From sequence record MG655267.1: a DNA stretch of 64,000 bases; one strand, written 5' to 3'. The translations under genes and the position numbers were made by a program. Below the pieces are notes generated by a model that saw nothing but the letters and a program-made list of their open reading frames with translations, did not search any database and had not been told where the DNA came from. This document shows, one piece after another, positions 45,024 through 55,564 of this stretch. Position 1 is the stretch's first letter, and every line of letters starts with the position of its first letter.

Positions 45024-45132
45024 GCATCATCCTTCTAGAATGAGTACCTTGACGACCTACTCGCGTCATAGCATTCCAGCCGGCATAAGGGAGTGGATAC
45101 CCTGACCGTAGCCAAGGTGTCCACGTGGTGCG

Positions 45133-46854
45133 TCAAGCCGCAGCCATGAAATCGATCTCGATGTGTTTTTCTACCATAAAGTCTTTCAGTAACGTAATGG
45201 TCTCAGGTGCTTTGTACAACTTACGTGCAAGTTCACCGGCATTGTTCATACCACCGGCTGCCAGGTTTACTGCTACCTGACGATACTCCGTATCATCCAA
45301 TCCTTCGATCTGGGTCATCTCAATCCAGGTGGTTTGTTTCCCCACATTCATGATGACCGTACCGGTCGGGTATGCTCCTTCTACGTCGATGTCGTTCGTA
45401 CCTGTTCGCACATAGGACTTGACATTCGGCAGTTCTTTAAACATCGCTTTGCCGTTTAAAGCAACCAGCTCTGTTGGCAGCATGACGATCCAGCCACCCA
45501 GCCCCTGAATGTGATCATCCAGTTCGGTACGCATCTGATCTGATGTAGTACCCCAGATATACCCTTCTTTCATTACATCGTAATGCATCGCCTCAGCGAT
45601 ACGTGTCGGCTGCGATATAAAGTTACGGTAGTCTGACACCCCGCAGAACGTTGGAACCGCTACAGAGAGATCTGAGGTCTTCTCGTCCATCATTTCAACC
45701 ACGATGCAGTCGAAGATGTTATACATCACATATTCGTACTTGTAGTTGCTCTGCATGAACTCATGCCAGTCTGCCCCGTGGTACCCTTCAGCTTCACTGA
45801 ACTTCATCTTGGTCACACCGAGTACTTTCTCAGCGATGTTATCCAGTTTGTAGTTCAGCTCTTTACCGTTCATGGTACGCAGGTAGTAATAGGCTGACAT
45901 CGATTCAGCCCAACGGAACGACGCAGGGGCATTGACGTAAGGCCACTTCTCATAGTTAGCTAATGATGTCTTGGTGACTTCTTTGCCATCATTTTTTACT
46001 TTGTGGGTTTTGCCCTCGTAGTAATAAACGTTACGGTACTCTTGGGGTACCGAGGGATCGCAAATAACGTCAGCAGGGTTGATGCCGGCATTAGTTAATG
46101 TTTGGGTGAGAACCTTGTAGTCGAACTCGAGCACGTTCCAGCCAGTGATGAAATCGGGCATCCACTCATGGGCGCGTTCAAACAGTTTGACAAAGCCATC
46201 TGCAGCACTGTCAACCAACACGAACTCTGGGTTGGTGATGCTGCGTTTGGTTGCCCACTCGCCCAGGTATTTATCCCAGGCCAGTTTCAGCTTCTGATGA
46301 ATACGTTCATCCGCTTCCCCGCCAAAGTAGCGACGGATCACAAAGGTAAAGGTGCGTTCTTTAAAGGTTAAGGATGCCATGATCGGCTCACCCTTATACC
46401 GCTCGTCTACCATTTCGGTTTCGATATCGAACACACTGATTTTGTACGGAGTAAAGGTATCAGGAAACTTCGCTTCGTACATCGCTTTGACAATCGAGGA
46501 GGGTTCGATGTCAGCGCCATACACGTACGGACTGCGACATACCCGACGCAGTTGCTGATCGGTGGCACCTTTTCCCAACATCTTTGAGATGTGGTTAGGA
46601 AGATCCCACTGCGGGCAACTGAACTTCTGCAGCTTGGACAGCTCTTCGTAATCTTTCTTATCCTGGTGATTGCGGTACGCCGGTTTGGTGAGGTAGTAAT
46701 CACGCTTCATGTCTTTGATGATGCGGGTGTGGGGTTTGCTGTTCCCGTTCTCGTCAATCACATTCTCTTTCACGAAGATGATGTCTGATTTGCCGCGCAG
46801 AGAAAGGGTATAGATCGCGTGCTTGCATTCGAAACGAAGGTTATTGCTGCTCAT
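45133..46854 (-). CDS. Split B-family DNA polymerase, 3'-5' exonuclease subunit (phiKZ gp82-like)
   Basis: ExoI VFDIETE, ExoII GWNVLEFD, ExoIII YNIFDC, and PolB motif A DIDVEGAYP near the C-terminus. Confidence 0.9.
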   Translation of the reverse strand: MSSNNLRFECKHAIYTLSLRGKSDIIFVKENVIDENGNSKPHTRIIKDMKRDYYLTKPAYRNHQDKKDYEELSKLQKFSCPQWDLPNHISKMLGKGATDQQLRRVCRSPYVYGADIEPSSIVKAMYEAKFPDTFTPYKISVFDIETEMVDERYKGEPIMASLTFKERTFTFVIRRYFGGEADERIHQKLKLAWDKYLGEWATKRSITNPEFVLVDSAADGFVKLFERAHEWMPDFITGWNVLEFDYKVLTQTLTNAGINPADVICDPSVPQEYRNVYYYEGKTHKVKNDGKEVTKTSLANYEKWPYVNAPASFRWAESMSAYYYLRTMNGKELNYKLDNIAEKVLGVTKMKFSEAEGYHGADWHEFMQSNYKYEYVMYNIFDCIVVEMMDEKTSDLSVAVPTFCGVSDYRNFISQPTRIAEAMHYDVMKEGYIWGTTSDQMRTELDDHIQGLGGWIVMLPTELVALNGKAMFKELPNVKSYVRTGTNDIDVEGAYPTGTVIMNVGKQTTWIEMTQIEGLDDTEYRQVAVNLAAGGMNNAGELARKLYKAPETITLLKDFMVEKHIEIDFMAAA

Positions 46855-46954
46855 GATGAATGATAATCCTATGTCAAAACACTACAAAGTGCACCAGTGT
46901 TTAATACGCGTTATAACATCAGGCGTGCAACTACATTTATACAAAGGAGATCAC

Positions 46955-48217
46955 ATGATCCTATCTAGCGGTCTGGAAGCGATTAGCTTTCAAAAGAATC
47001 CGCTCTTTTACAAACAGCTGGTTGTCGAATTCGGCCGTCTGATGGAACTTGCTAAAGCCAATGGTAAGAAGCGCTTGACCGAAGAGATGATGGCGCAGTC
47101 TAACCTGGCAAAAATCACCATGGCGAACACCGGCATCAAAGTCTCGCCTGGGGTGGATACCCGCATGCAGTGTAATGCGTACGTTATGATTCCGAGCATC
47201 AACTCCTATCACGTCTTCAATGACCGCATGCGTCAGATCTTCTCAGGGTATGCCGAATCGTTTGAGCAGTTTCGTAAAGCCAACGATGTGTTGATTGGGT
47301 TGGTTGATCTGCAGAACTCCAAAGTGGGCGGGGTCTTCTCGACTATTGATCACCGCATCTGTCTGTCGTACGATATGATGACCGACTATGACATGACCCC
47401 GGGTGAAGTCGCAGCCATTTACATGCATGAAGTCGGCCATGCCTTTACCTTCCTGGAGATGCTGCATTATACCGCTACCACCAACCTGGTGCTGACCGCT
47501 GGCATTGAAGCGATCATCAAATCAGAAACTTCTCGTAAGCATGTCATCTTAAGTGATATCGAAAACTCCTTAGGGATTAAGATTGATAATAAAGATGAAC
47601 TGGTCGCTTACGACAAGTATGAAGATTATGCTGTCACGATCCTGTCGAAGTACAATCGCACCTTAGCTGCGGCCCTGGGTTCACCGGCACACGATGAATC
47701 GATGTCTGAGCAGATGGCAGATATGTTTGCCACCCGACATGGCGCGGGATTGGATCTGGCGCGGGGATTGTCCCGTATTCACAAATATTACAATTCACCG
47801 AAGTTTAAGTTTGCCCGCTATCTGGAGATCTTTGTCGGCATCCTGCAGACCATGGGCTTGTCCCTGGTGTTCGATGTGTTGGGAGTAATCGTTGTCCTGA
47901 CTGTCGGTAACTTCTTTGGTGGGACGTATGACCGGGCGAAAGACCGTTTCATCCGCATGCGTAACGAAATCGTGGTCGGCCTGAAAGATGAAGAGATCAG
48001 TGCAGCTGACCGCAAACTCTTGATCAGTCATATCGCCGAGCTGGACAAGATCATTGCCCAGGCCAAAAACGAAAGCTCCTTTGTCGAGCAGTTGTCTCTG
48101 GTGGTGCGCGCCAGCCAGCGTGAGCGTTATGCCAGCAAGTACCTGCAAAAGGATCTTGAAGCCCTTCTTAATAATCCGCTCTATGTCAGTGCGGCCAAAC
48201 TGAAAACATTGCAATAA
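46955..48217 (+). CDS. Virion head protein with zincin HExxH motif and hydrophobic segment (phiKZ gp83 position)
   Basis: Start MILSSGLEA (RBS aaggag) carries a G-x-E protease site. Also HEVGH...EQMADMFA and a hydrophobic stretch IFVGILQTMGLSLVFDVLGVIVVLTV. Confidence 0.75.
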   Translation: MILSSGLEAISFQKNPLFYKQLVVEFGRLMELAKANGKKRLTEEMMAQSNLAKITMANTGIKVSPGVDTRMQCNAYVMIPSINSYHVFNDRMRQIFSGYAESFEQFRKANDVLIGLVDLQNSKVGGVFSTIDHRICLSYDMMTDYDMTPGEVAAIYMHEVGHAFTFLEMLHYTATTNLVLTAGIEAIIKSETSRKHVILSDIENSLGIKIDNKDELVAYDKYEDYAVTILSKYNRTLAAALGSPAHDESMSEQMADMFATRHGAGLDLARGLSRIHKYYNSPKFKFARYLEIFVGILQTMGLSLVFDVLGVIVVLTVGNFFGGTYDRAKDRFIRMRNEIVVGLKDEEISAADRKLLISHIAELDKIIAQAKNESSFVEQLSLVVRASQRERYASKYLQKDLEALLNNPLYVSAAKLKTLQ

Positions 48218-48230
48218 GGATTCATCAGAA

Positions 48231-48737
48231 ATGATTATTGACGTAGCAGAATTAAAGAAACAGATCGTGTCGGTGCGTTCTATTGCAGAGATCCCAACTA
48301 CCCTGCGTACTAAACTGATTGAAACCGGTCTGGCCCGTGCGGTAGCTTATGGTGTTGATCTGCCAAAAGAGCTGGTCGGCAACCCGGTCTCCTATTTCGC
48401 CAGCAACGCCACTGATGCTAAGCAGGCACTGGCGGTGATCAACGAAACCAACGTGATCAACATCTCCCGTATCCTGTCACTCGCCACCATCATCTGGCAG
48501 GCACGCTACAACATGGTTTATCTGCCAGCCACTCGCGAGTCCATGGAGTTGACTCATCAGGTGTTGTCCGATCAACGCGAATGGTTGTTCGATGCAGAGC
48601 AGCAGGATTTCCTGTCAGCGACCATTGGCGACGGTACTGTGCAAGACAGCCTGAAGCTGGCCCTGTTAAACTTCACCTGCCCGGCTGTGATCAACCCTAA
48701 CCAGGTAGCACCAGTCACCACCGCTGACGAGGAGTAA
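48231..48737 (+). CDS. Probable virion structural protein
   Basis: 168 aa in the structural operon, RBS aagga. Confidence 0.7.
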   Translation: MIIDVAELKKQIVSVRSIAEIPTTLRTKLIETGLARAVAYGVDLPKELVGNPVSYFASNATDAKQALAVINETNVINISRILSLATIIWQARYNMVYLPATRESMELTHQVLSDQREWLFDAEQQDFLSATIGDGTVQDSLKLALLNFTCPAVINPNQVAPVTTADEE

Positions 48738-48739
48738 TC

Positions 48740-50206
48740 ATGTCTATTGATCTGATCGCTTCCTTTATCGACGATTCGGGCAATGTCCCGATGACGGCGC
48801 TGACCGTGGTAAAGAAAGAGAACGACGAAGCCAACGCACAACTGCCGAAACAGGTAGCGATGCTGAAAGCCTCTAACGAACGTATCGTTGAACTTCAGTC
48901 TGTGATTGAACGTGTGCGCCGTGAAGGCATGAGCCGTGAAGTCGCCGCGATCGTTGCCTCGATTGCACCCGAAGCGTTGCCGGTTGGCTACGGTGCTGAA
49001 GGTTTCACTGAGCAACCCTCAAAGCTTGGGATGGCTGCTGGTCTGGAATCGATCACCGCCTACGTGATTGATGGTATCAAACGTCTGATTGCGTTCCTGA
49101 TCGATAAGGCCAAGAAAGCCGCTGCCTTTATTGTGGATCAGTATCGTCGTCTGACGGGCATTGCTCCCACTGCGTACAAGATCGATCGTCGTGCTGCGTA
49201 CCTTACGGCGATGTCTGCCCGGTTTGCTCAGCACTTCGGTACGGATCTGGCGACCCTGTTAGAGCAGGATATCAATGCCGGCTTTACCAGTATCGAAAGC
49301 ACCCGCATGGTATTGAGCGGTATGTTTGCTGATGCGGAAGTGCTGCAGGCGGATCTGTCTAAATATGGCAAGCACATCAATGTCATGTCCAAACAGATCG
49401 AAGCGTTACTGGCAGATGCGCCAGCACGTGTGGTGCGGGTCAATGCGATTGTTAATGATGTCACGGTATCGCGCAATGGCAGCAACGATCGCAGTGCAGA
49501 GATCCTGCGTCTGATCGACACCCGTAACCTCGATGCCCTGGTCAGTACGTTGCGCAGCGTCAGTAAGTTACTGGTCAGCAGCCCGATGTACAAATCCACT
49601 GGCACCGGTAAAGACGGCAAAATCAAACAGACTATCCTTGAGCAGTTAAACAGCGATGGTTTCCGTGAGATGATGTCCGGCCTTTCCATGGCTGCTAATG
49701 CTGGCATGACCCACACCATGGACATGACCGATGCCTCGGCGATCATTCGTTCACGTAATCTGGCTGAGGCTGTTAAAGAGCTCACCAATTACGAAGAAGT
49801 GAAGAAGCGTTCATTGGATGACCTCAAGTCTGCTACTGGTTCGATCAACAGCAACAAATATGTGCAGGCCGCTGAACAGTCACCGGGTGATGACCCGACC
49901 ATGGCAGCTGTGGTGCAGTTTAACCAATACTGGGATGATGTCACGACCGCCGTAAAAGTGGCACAGGACATCACCACCGCCTACGCGGAGACGGTATTCA
50001 AACTGCAGCTGTTCTCGGTGCGTTGTCAAGACCTGGCGCTGGTACAGTGGTCCGCTAACCCAGCCAATGCCGGTCTGGCAGAAGCCAATGCGGCGACTGA
50101 ACGTCTGCAGGCGGTGGTCAAGCAGTATCTGGATAAGGTCGTGAAGAACACCACGGGCTTGAAAGGTGCGCTGGATGACCTCGGCAAACTGGTCAATCAA
50201 CTGTAA
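48740..50206 (+). CDS. Virion inner-head protein (protease-processed)
   Basis: 488 aa. AGLESI propeptide cleavage-type motif followed by a VIDGIKRLI helix. Confidence 0.75.
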   Translation: MSIDLIASFIDDSGNVPMTALTVVKKENDEANAQLPKQVAMLKASNERIVELQSVIERVRREGMSREVAAIVASIAPEALPVGYGAEGFTEQPSKLGMAAGLESITAYVIDGIKRLIAFLIDKAKKAAAFIVDQYRRLTGIAPTAYKIDRRAAYLTAMSARFAQHFGTDLATLLEQDINAGFTSIESTRMVLSGMFADAEVLQADLSKYGKHINVMSKQIEALLADAPARVVRVNAIVNDVTVSRNGSNDRSAEILRLIDTRNLDALVSTLRSVSKLLVSSPMYKSTGTGKDGKIKQTILEQLNSDGFREMMSGLSMAANAGMTHTMDMTDASAIIRSRNLAEAVKELTNYEEVKKRSLDDLKSATGSINSNKYVQAAEQSPGDDPTMAAVVQFNQYWDDVTTAVKVAQDITTAYAETVFKLQLFSVRCQDLALVQWSANPANAGLAEANAATERLQAVVKQYLDKVVKNTTGLKGALDDLGKLVNQL

Positions 50207-50215
50207 GGAAATCGC

Positions 50216-51472
50216 ATGGAATCCACATTACTTCAAACGATCAATGAAACCACGGAGTTGTGTGACTCTTTGATTTCGTTGTCACAACGTCTTGAGATGT
50301 TGGGTCCCATTGCTGCTGAGTCTGTTAACTTCGCAAAGATCCATGAATCGATTAACCTGAAGGTGGCGAAGATTGCTGCTTCGATGGAGTCGATTGAAGC
50401 TAACGGCATCAACCAGGAGGCAGTGTTAGAAATCAATACTGCCATGCCTGGTATCATTCCCAACACCATCCCTCTTAATGGATACACCAAAGCCCGCAGT
50501 CAGATGAATGTGGGGTTTGCCTTAGAGTCGTTGGAGTCAGGTAAAGCAGCAATGATCTCCGGTTCAGTAACAGGGATCGTGGCCGTGATCGTCAAACTGT
50601 TTCGTTGGGTGGTCATGACCATCAAGCAGTATGTCAAATCACGCCGTGATGCGAACCGTCTCGGTGTCTCTGTGACACAAGCGCTGCAACGTGCGGGAAC
50701 GATCAACGAATACCTGTTAGAGCAGTTGGCGAAAACCCCTGAAGCCAAAGCCGCCCGTCCGGGCTTTGAATGGTTGGTATCGATCTGGCGTCCGCAGGCT
50801 GGGATCTTTAAGTTCAATGAAGATGCACTGGTGCAGTGGTGGCCAGAACTCGTCAATGAACTGGAGTACGAATACAACCAGATCAGCAAGGCGTTTGAAA
50901 CACTGCGTAGCGGTGGGTCGTTTGTCCCGAACATTGCGAAAGCACATCAGTCGCCCTCCATGAAGCGTTTCTTTGAAGCCTTACCGCAAGGGACGGATCG
51001 TCAAGGGAACATCGTTGAGGTAGAGCTGGCTAAGAAGCAGTTCCAGGAGAACCCACAGCGTGCGTTGTTCCAACTGGCTGAGCGTCTGCGCTACATGATC
51101 ATGCGCGAGCCTAAATCAAAAGGTACTGACTTTGGGCAAGAGCTGATTTCAGTAGGTCGCAGTATTGAAGCCTACACCAATGTGGATCGTCTGGTGTTTG
51201 ATCAGCTGAATACCTACGATACCAACAATCGATTAGGGAAACTGGAAGAGGCGTTTGGTGCGTTGTATAAGCAAGTACAAGCCACACGCTACACTGCAGA
51301 CAAAGCCCTGGTTGATGAGTTCGTGGGTTACCTGAACCGTTATTCAGAAAAGCTTAACTGTTTCGTGCAACTGATCACCATTGTGAGTTACCTGGATAGC
51401 TGTAGTTTCCAGATCCTTGACAATGTCTCCAAAGCCACCATGAAGTACGTTGATATTGCTGCCAGTAATTAA
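50216..51472 (+). CDS. Virion inner-head protein (protease-processed)
   Basis: 418 aa, ASMESI/FALESLE sites. The N-terminal architecture parallels the previous gene. Confidence 0.75.
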   Translation: MESTLLQTINETTELCDSLISLSQRLEMLGPIAAESVNFAKIHESINLKVAKIAASMESIEANGINQEAVLEINTAMPGIIPNTIPLNGYTKARSQMNVGFALESLESGKAAMISGSVTGIVAVIVKLFRWVVMTIKQYVKSRRDANRLGVSVTQALQRAGTINEYLLEQLAKTPEAKAARPGFEWLVSIWRPQAGIFKFNEDALVQWWPELVNELEYEYNQISKAFETLRSGGSFVPNIAKAHQSPSMKRFFEALPQGTDRQGNIVEVELAKKQFQENPQRALFQLAERLRYMIMREPKSKGTDFGQELISVGRSIEAYTNVDRLVFDQLNTYDTNNRLGKLEEAFGALYKQVQATRYTADKALVDEFVGYLNRYSEKLNCFVQLITIVSYLDSCSFQILDNVSKATMKYVDIAASN

Positions 51473-51474
51473 AT

Positions 51475-51526
51475 CGGCATAAAGGCCTGGCCTTCCTTGC
51501 GGAGGGCCAGAGCCTTGCTTATGCCG
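51475..51526. terminator. Bidirectional hairpin flanked by CGGCATAA...TTATGCCG
   Basis: cggcataa (51475-82), ctggcc-ttccttgcggag-ggccag, ttatgccg (51519-26), between convergent genes. Confidence 0.75.
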
Positions 51527-54476
51527 TTAAGCTTGACTTCGCTGAGGTATGTTTCAGGAAGGTAATGGAGATGTCTTCTTTCACCGTTAAGGTTTCATCC
51601 GACGCCACATCTACCCGTTTCTTGATGGCACACCGCATGGTGTCATCTAATGCGGTCATGACTTTGATGTCACCGTTCACCCCGAGTGCTTTAAACTCGA
51701 TGTCAACCACATCAGACGTTCGATACGGTTTCAGCGCATCAACCAGATCTGTTAGACCAAAGGTCGCCCGGGCAATCACTGCAGCAATCGCTGGACTCAC
51801 TTTCGCTGACAGGTTGTCACGCAACGAGGTGTTCTTGTAACCGTTGTCGGTCATGTAGAAGGTTACGTCAAAACCAATCGCGGCGGAGATCTGACGAGAC
51901 TCTCGTGCATTGGCAATCACATCGATCAAGCCCAGGGTTTGTTTCGGTCGTAACGACACCGTGGTCTTCTCAAGCAACTGCCGCTTCACCGTGACCATGT
52001 CTTCTGTCACCCAGTCAACCAGATCAGAGATCACATCAGTGATGTATGTCTTATCCAGCGGGTTACCGGTAAAGTAGTAGACACCATCCAGACCCACCAC
52101 ATCGATCTCACGCACCACCACACGTTCATTAAGCGGGATAGGGTTACCTTGCTCATCCGACTTAATGTCACCCACCCGATAACGATAGATGATGTTGTTA
52201 TCAGCGTCATACATGATGTCGCCTTTGGCATGCAGGATGATCGGTTGGTTGTTGCTGTCAAACACCAATTGGTTAGTGACCGCATCACGCTGATACACCG
52301 TCTCTGCATAGCGCCATGGCACATCGACATCGTACTTCTGATACTCGATGTCAGACACCACTGAACGCGAACGCTGATACAGATAGGTCAGGGCTTTGCC
52401 CATCACCACATCGTAGGACTGCTCCGTCACCACCACGAACTGCTGATCCAGGTAGAAACTCCCCAGCTTCTTATCACTGTCGCTGTACACCACGTCGTTC
52501 GGTGATTTGGCCACAGCAATACAGTTTAGCAGGATGAAGTTCTTTTCCAGTACCGAGCGCAACTTAGACGGCGCATTACCAAACTGACCAAAGGAGGTCA
52601 GGATGATCTCGTCCTCATTGGTGATGTCGAGATTACTGTCAATATCAAACTGCCAGACACGTTCGCGGGTTGCTGTCCGACCGATCATCAAGCCATTGAG
52701 GTAGCCGTAGTTGCTTTCCCCTTCCGGCATGAACAGTAACTGACACGCCACATCGCTGTCTGCCAGGTCTTTGTAGTAATCACCTGAACTCGTCACCACG
52801 GTTGCTCTAAAGCCATTGGTGGTTTTGGTAAAGGTAAAACTGTCCGCCACAAGTTCAACACCGATGGAGTTGTTCTCATAGCTGAATACCCGACCTGCTA
52901 CAGAAGGACGATCCAGATCATAGACCCGAGTGGTAAACGCATCGTTATTCGCATCCAACACCATGTAGAAAGGTGAGAACATGAACACGTTGTTGTTGAC
53001 CGTCAAGGCACGACTGTCTAATCCCGCGCCGTTGATCGTAGCCAGCTCCGCATCGGATACCATGTTGTAGATACCGTTGACCAAGCGGTATAAGGCTGTC
53101 GGAGTGATGGTGATGCGATTGCCGTTATCACGCACTGCGGTATTACTGACTAACTGCAACATCGATGACTGCAGGGTAATAATCCCGGTACCGGCCGGTG
53201 TATTGATGCCAGACTTGTTGGTCTGCGGATTCAGTGACCGGGTCGCATGGTAAATACGTTGCGTCACTGTGTCTTCTGATTTCAATGCCCCGTAGCCTAA
53301 ATCGACCAGGGTTTGTGAGACCTGCGCTTCAGTAATCGGTAAGACCGTTTTGTTGGCCGAATAGATCACCGCTTCACGCAACGCTTCAACACTGAGGCCG
53401 TTCACCCCACCGCTGACACCGCTGCTGATCGACATGGTCTTTTCATTAAAGACGGTCAATGGGGTAGAGTACTTATCCAACACCCGATCTTCGTAATTGA
53501 AGTCACGGTAGACCGCACTGATCGAAGAAGACTGCAGCGCCAGCGTTTCGATAACCAGGTTACCTTTACTGGTGTAGACATCTGCCCGCACCTGACGACC
53601 CACTGCCAGATTGTTGGAGATGTAGATTTCCGGTAGCACAACCTTCACTGAGTCTTCTAACACCTGGGCGACGAAGGTCAGCTTGGTGTTGTCATAGACC
53701 AGGTCATCATGGGTGACGTACGCCTCTTCCCACTCATCAGTCACATTCGCCCGTGTAAAGACACGCAGGTAATAGAACTGGTCACCTTTTAATGGATAGG
53801 TATTGCGATACCCACTCATGCTGGTAATCTGACCGTAATAAGGCTGGGCTTTGAACTGACGTAAAGGTACCGTGATGTAGAGCAGTTCAACCCCGTTGAA
53901 GATCGCAGTCCGCCAGGTTAACTGGTTGGTCTCAACCGTCAGGAGTGGGCTGGGTTGCGACACATCGTACACCACCACAAAGCCGCCATGTTTCATCACC
54001 CGGATTTCAATCGGATACTCCAGACTGAAGGTGACGTCCATCACCGTGATTTCCGTGTTGCGTGGAATCACCATCTTCGAGTAGATGCTGTCGATGTCAT
54101 CGTTGCCACTGCTGTCGAGCTGTACCGCACGCGCCCGAATCTCATCGGCATTGAAAATAAAGTTGGTGGTGATACGTGACGGGGTACAGAAACGGTTCTT
54201 GTAATCCTCATCACTCATGTTGCGATACAGATCTTCATACGTCCGCGCCATCTTCGGGTAGTACGCCGTATAAAGGTCTTCATGGTTTTGCATCACAGCT
54301 GAACCGGTCAGGGCAACCAGCTCAAAAGCAAACATCGCAGGGTTGGTGGCGTTCATGATATCAATCGTGCCATCCATGTTTTGGTCTAACAGATCGAGTG
54401 TGTAGTCCATCATCAAAGATGGATCATTACGCAGGTCGATCATTTTCTGTTTACGTACGTCGATGCTGTCGCTCAT
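51519..54476 (-). CDS. Baseplate protein (phiKZ gp87-like; T4 gp6-type wedge)
   Basis: 985 aa. N-terminal ATNPAMFAFE motif, GGVNG..VEALRE, minus-strand position opposite the head genes. Confidence 0.7.
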   Translation of the reverse strand: MSDSIDVRKQKMIDLRNDPSLMMDYTLDLLDQNMDGTIDIMNATNPAMFAFELVALTGSAVMQNHEDLYTAYYPKMARTYEDLYRNMSDEDYKNRFCTPSRITTNFIFNADEIRARAVQLDSSGNDDIDSIYSKMVIPRNTEITVMDVTFSLEYPIEIRVMKHGGFVVVYDVSQPSPLLTVETNQLTWRTAIFNGVELLYITVPLRQFKAQPYYGQITSMSGYRNTYPLKGDQFYYLRVFTRANVTDEWEEAYVTHDDLVYDNTKLTFVAQVLEDSVKVVLPEIYISNNLAVGRQVRADVYTSKGNLVIETLALQSSSISAVYRDFNYEDRVLDKYSTPLTVFNEKTMSISSGVSGGVNGLSVEALREAVIYSANKTVLPITEAQVSQTLVDLGYGALKSEDTVTQRIYHATRSLNPQTNKSGINTPAGTGIITLQSSMLQLVSNTAVRDNGNRITITPTALYRLVNGIYNMVSDAELATINGAGLDSRALTVNNNVFMFSPFYMVLDANNDAFTTRVYDLDRPSVAGRVFSYENNSIGVELVADSFTFTKTTNGFRATVVTSSGDYYKDLADSDVACQLLFMPEGESNYGYLNGLMIGRTATRERVWQFDIDSNLDITNEDEIILTSFGQFGNAPSKLRSVLEKNFILLNCIAVAKSPNDVVYSDSDKKLGSFYLDQQFVVVTEQSYDVVMGKALTYLYQRSRSVVSDIEYQKYDVDVPWRYAETVYQRDAVTNQLVFDSNNQPIILHAKGDIMYDADNNIIYRYRVGDIKSDEQGNPIPLNERVVVREIDVVGLDGVYYFTGNPLDKTYITDVISDLVDWVTEDMVTVKRQLLEKTTVSLRPKQTLGLIDVIANARESRQISAAIGFDVTFYMTDNGYKNTSLRDNLSAKVSPAIAAVIARATFGLTDLVDALKPYRTSDVVDIEFKALGVNGDIKVMTALDDTMRCAIKKRVDVASDETLTVKEDISITFLKHTSAKSSLTA

Positions 54477-54485
54477 CGTAGCCTC

Positions 54486-55511
54486 TTATTTTTGATCCTT
54501 CGGAACCCACCACTGGAATTCGTTCGTCATCACGTCGATATAAGGATAACCAATAAAGTTGTAGCGCTGCATTTCACCCGGGGAGATTTTGCGGAAGAAC
54601 GTGTTACGGTTCGCGGCTTTCATCTGCGGGTTAAATAACTCGACACAACTGTTGAAATCCAGGATCAGGGATTGCGTGTTATAGCGCCAGCCCACACACT
54701 GCCAGTTACAACTGATTTGGTTATTGTTCTTGATCAGTGGGGTGTCTTTGGTGGTGCCAAAGTCAAACGCATTACCAATCGGGTTGGTGGTACAGATTGC
54801 TGCGTAGGGTGCACCGATCTTTGTCACATAGCGTGAAGTCTGATCCAGGATGATGCGATAGAAGCGCATGGTGTAATCAATATAGTTGTTAACAATGGCG
54901 TCCCAATAGGGAACCATGTCGCCAAGGTATACCGATGAGCTGTACGTTTGCAGCAGATCCAGAATCATGGTGATCGGGTCACCTGAGATGTTGGTGTGCG
55001 TTGATGTCACCTGATAGGCTTCATTAAACTCCGACTGACCATCAACCATCGACCAGGTTTCTTTACGTGAGCCTGGTGGTGCAGTAAAGGTATCAATCAC
55101 GATATCGGGAAAACCGGTCATCGATTCCAGGGTGTTTGATAAAATGGACACGAAGGCCTGTTGGTTATCAAACAGTCTGGAGTAGCTTTTTCGATCAATT
55201 GTGCCGGTCGCATCAAACATCGAACGGATCGCACCTGGGATCGTATCGGCGTTGTTTGAAGCAAGCGAAAGCAGCTTTTCTTGTCGATTCAGATTATCGT
55301 ATGACAGGTTAAGGATTGGGCGTGTGAAAAAGGTATACCCCATGACGTCTTTGTTGATGGGTAGAAAGGCGCTACGGTTACTGAATTTGTTCAAACCCCA
55401 ATAGTTATGCGCAAGCGATGAGGTTACACTACCATACCCGGACTCCCTTGCAGCCGAGTCAATACTCTCGGTCCACAACCCAGGATTGTAGTCGTCATTG
55501 TCATTGGCCAT
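54486..55511 (-). CDS. Virion structural protein (phiKZ gp88-like, tail-tube/baseplate type)
   Basis: 341 aa. GYTFFTRPILNLS and NYIDYTMRFYR match my recollection of the family. Confidence 0.7.
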   Translation of the reverse strand: MANDNDDYNPGLWTESIDSAARESGYGSVTSSLAHNYWGLNKFSNRSAFLPINKDVMGYTFFTRPILNLSYDNLNRQEKLLSLASNNADTIPGAIRSMFDATGTIDRKSYSRLFDNQQAFVSILSNTLESMTGFPDIVIDTFTAPPGSRKETWSMVDGQSEFNEAYQVTSTHTNISGDPITMILDLLQTYSSSVYLGDMVPYWDAIVNNYIDYTMRFYRIILDQTSRYVTKIGAPYAAICTTNPIGNAFDFGTTKDTPLIKNNNQISCNWQCVGWRYNTQSLILDFNSCVELFNPQMKAANRNTFFRKISPGEMQRYNFIGYPYIDVMTNEFQWWVPKDQK

Positions 55512-55564
55512 TACTCATCACCTCTTTGAAATAGAATATCCGTTGAATCCATAGGAGTACTTTT

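Noticed and set aside
46823-46954. N-terminal extension of the head HExxH protein
   Set aside because: It overlaps the divergent polymerase start. A strong RBS (aaggag) supports ATG 46955.
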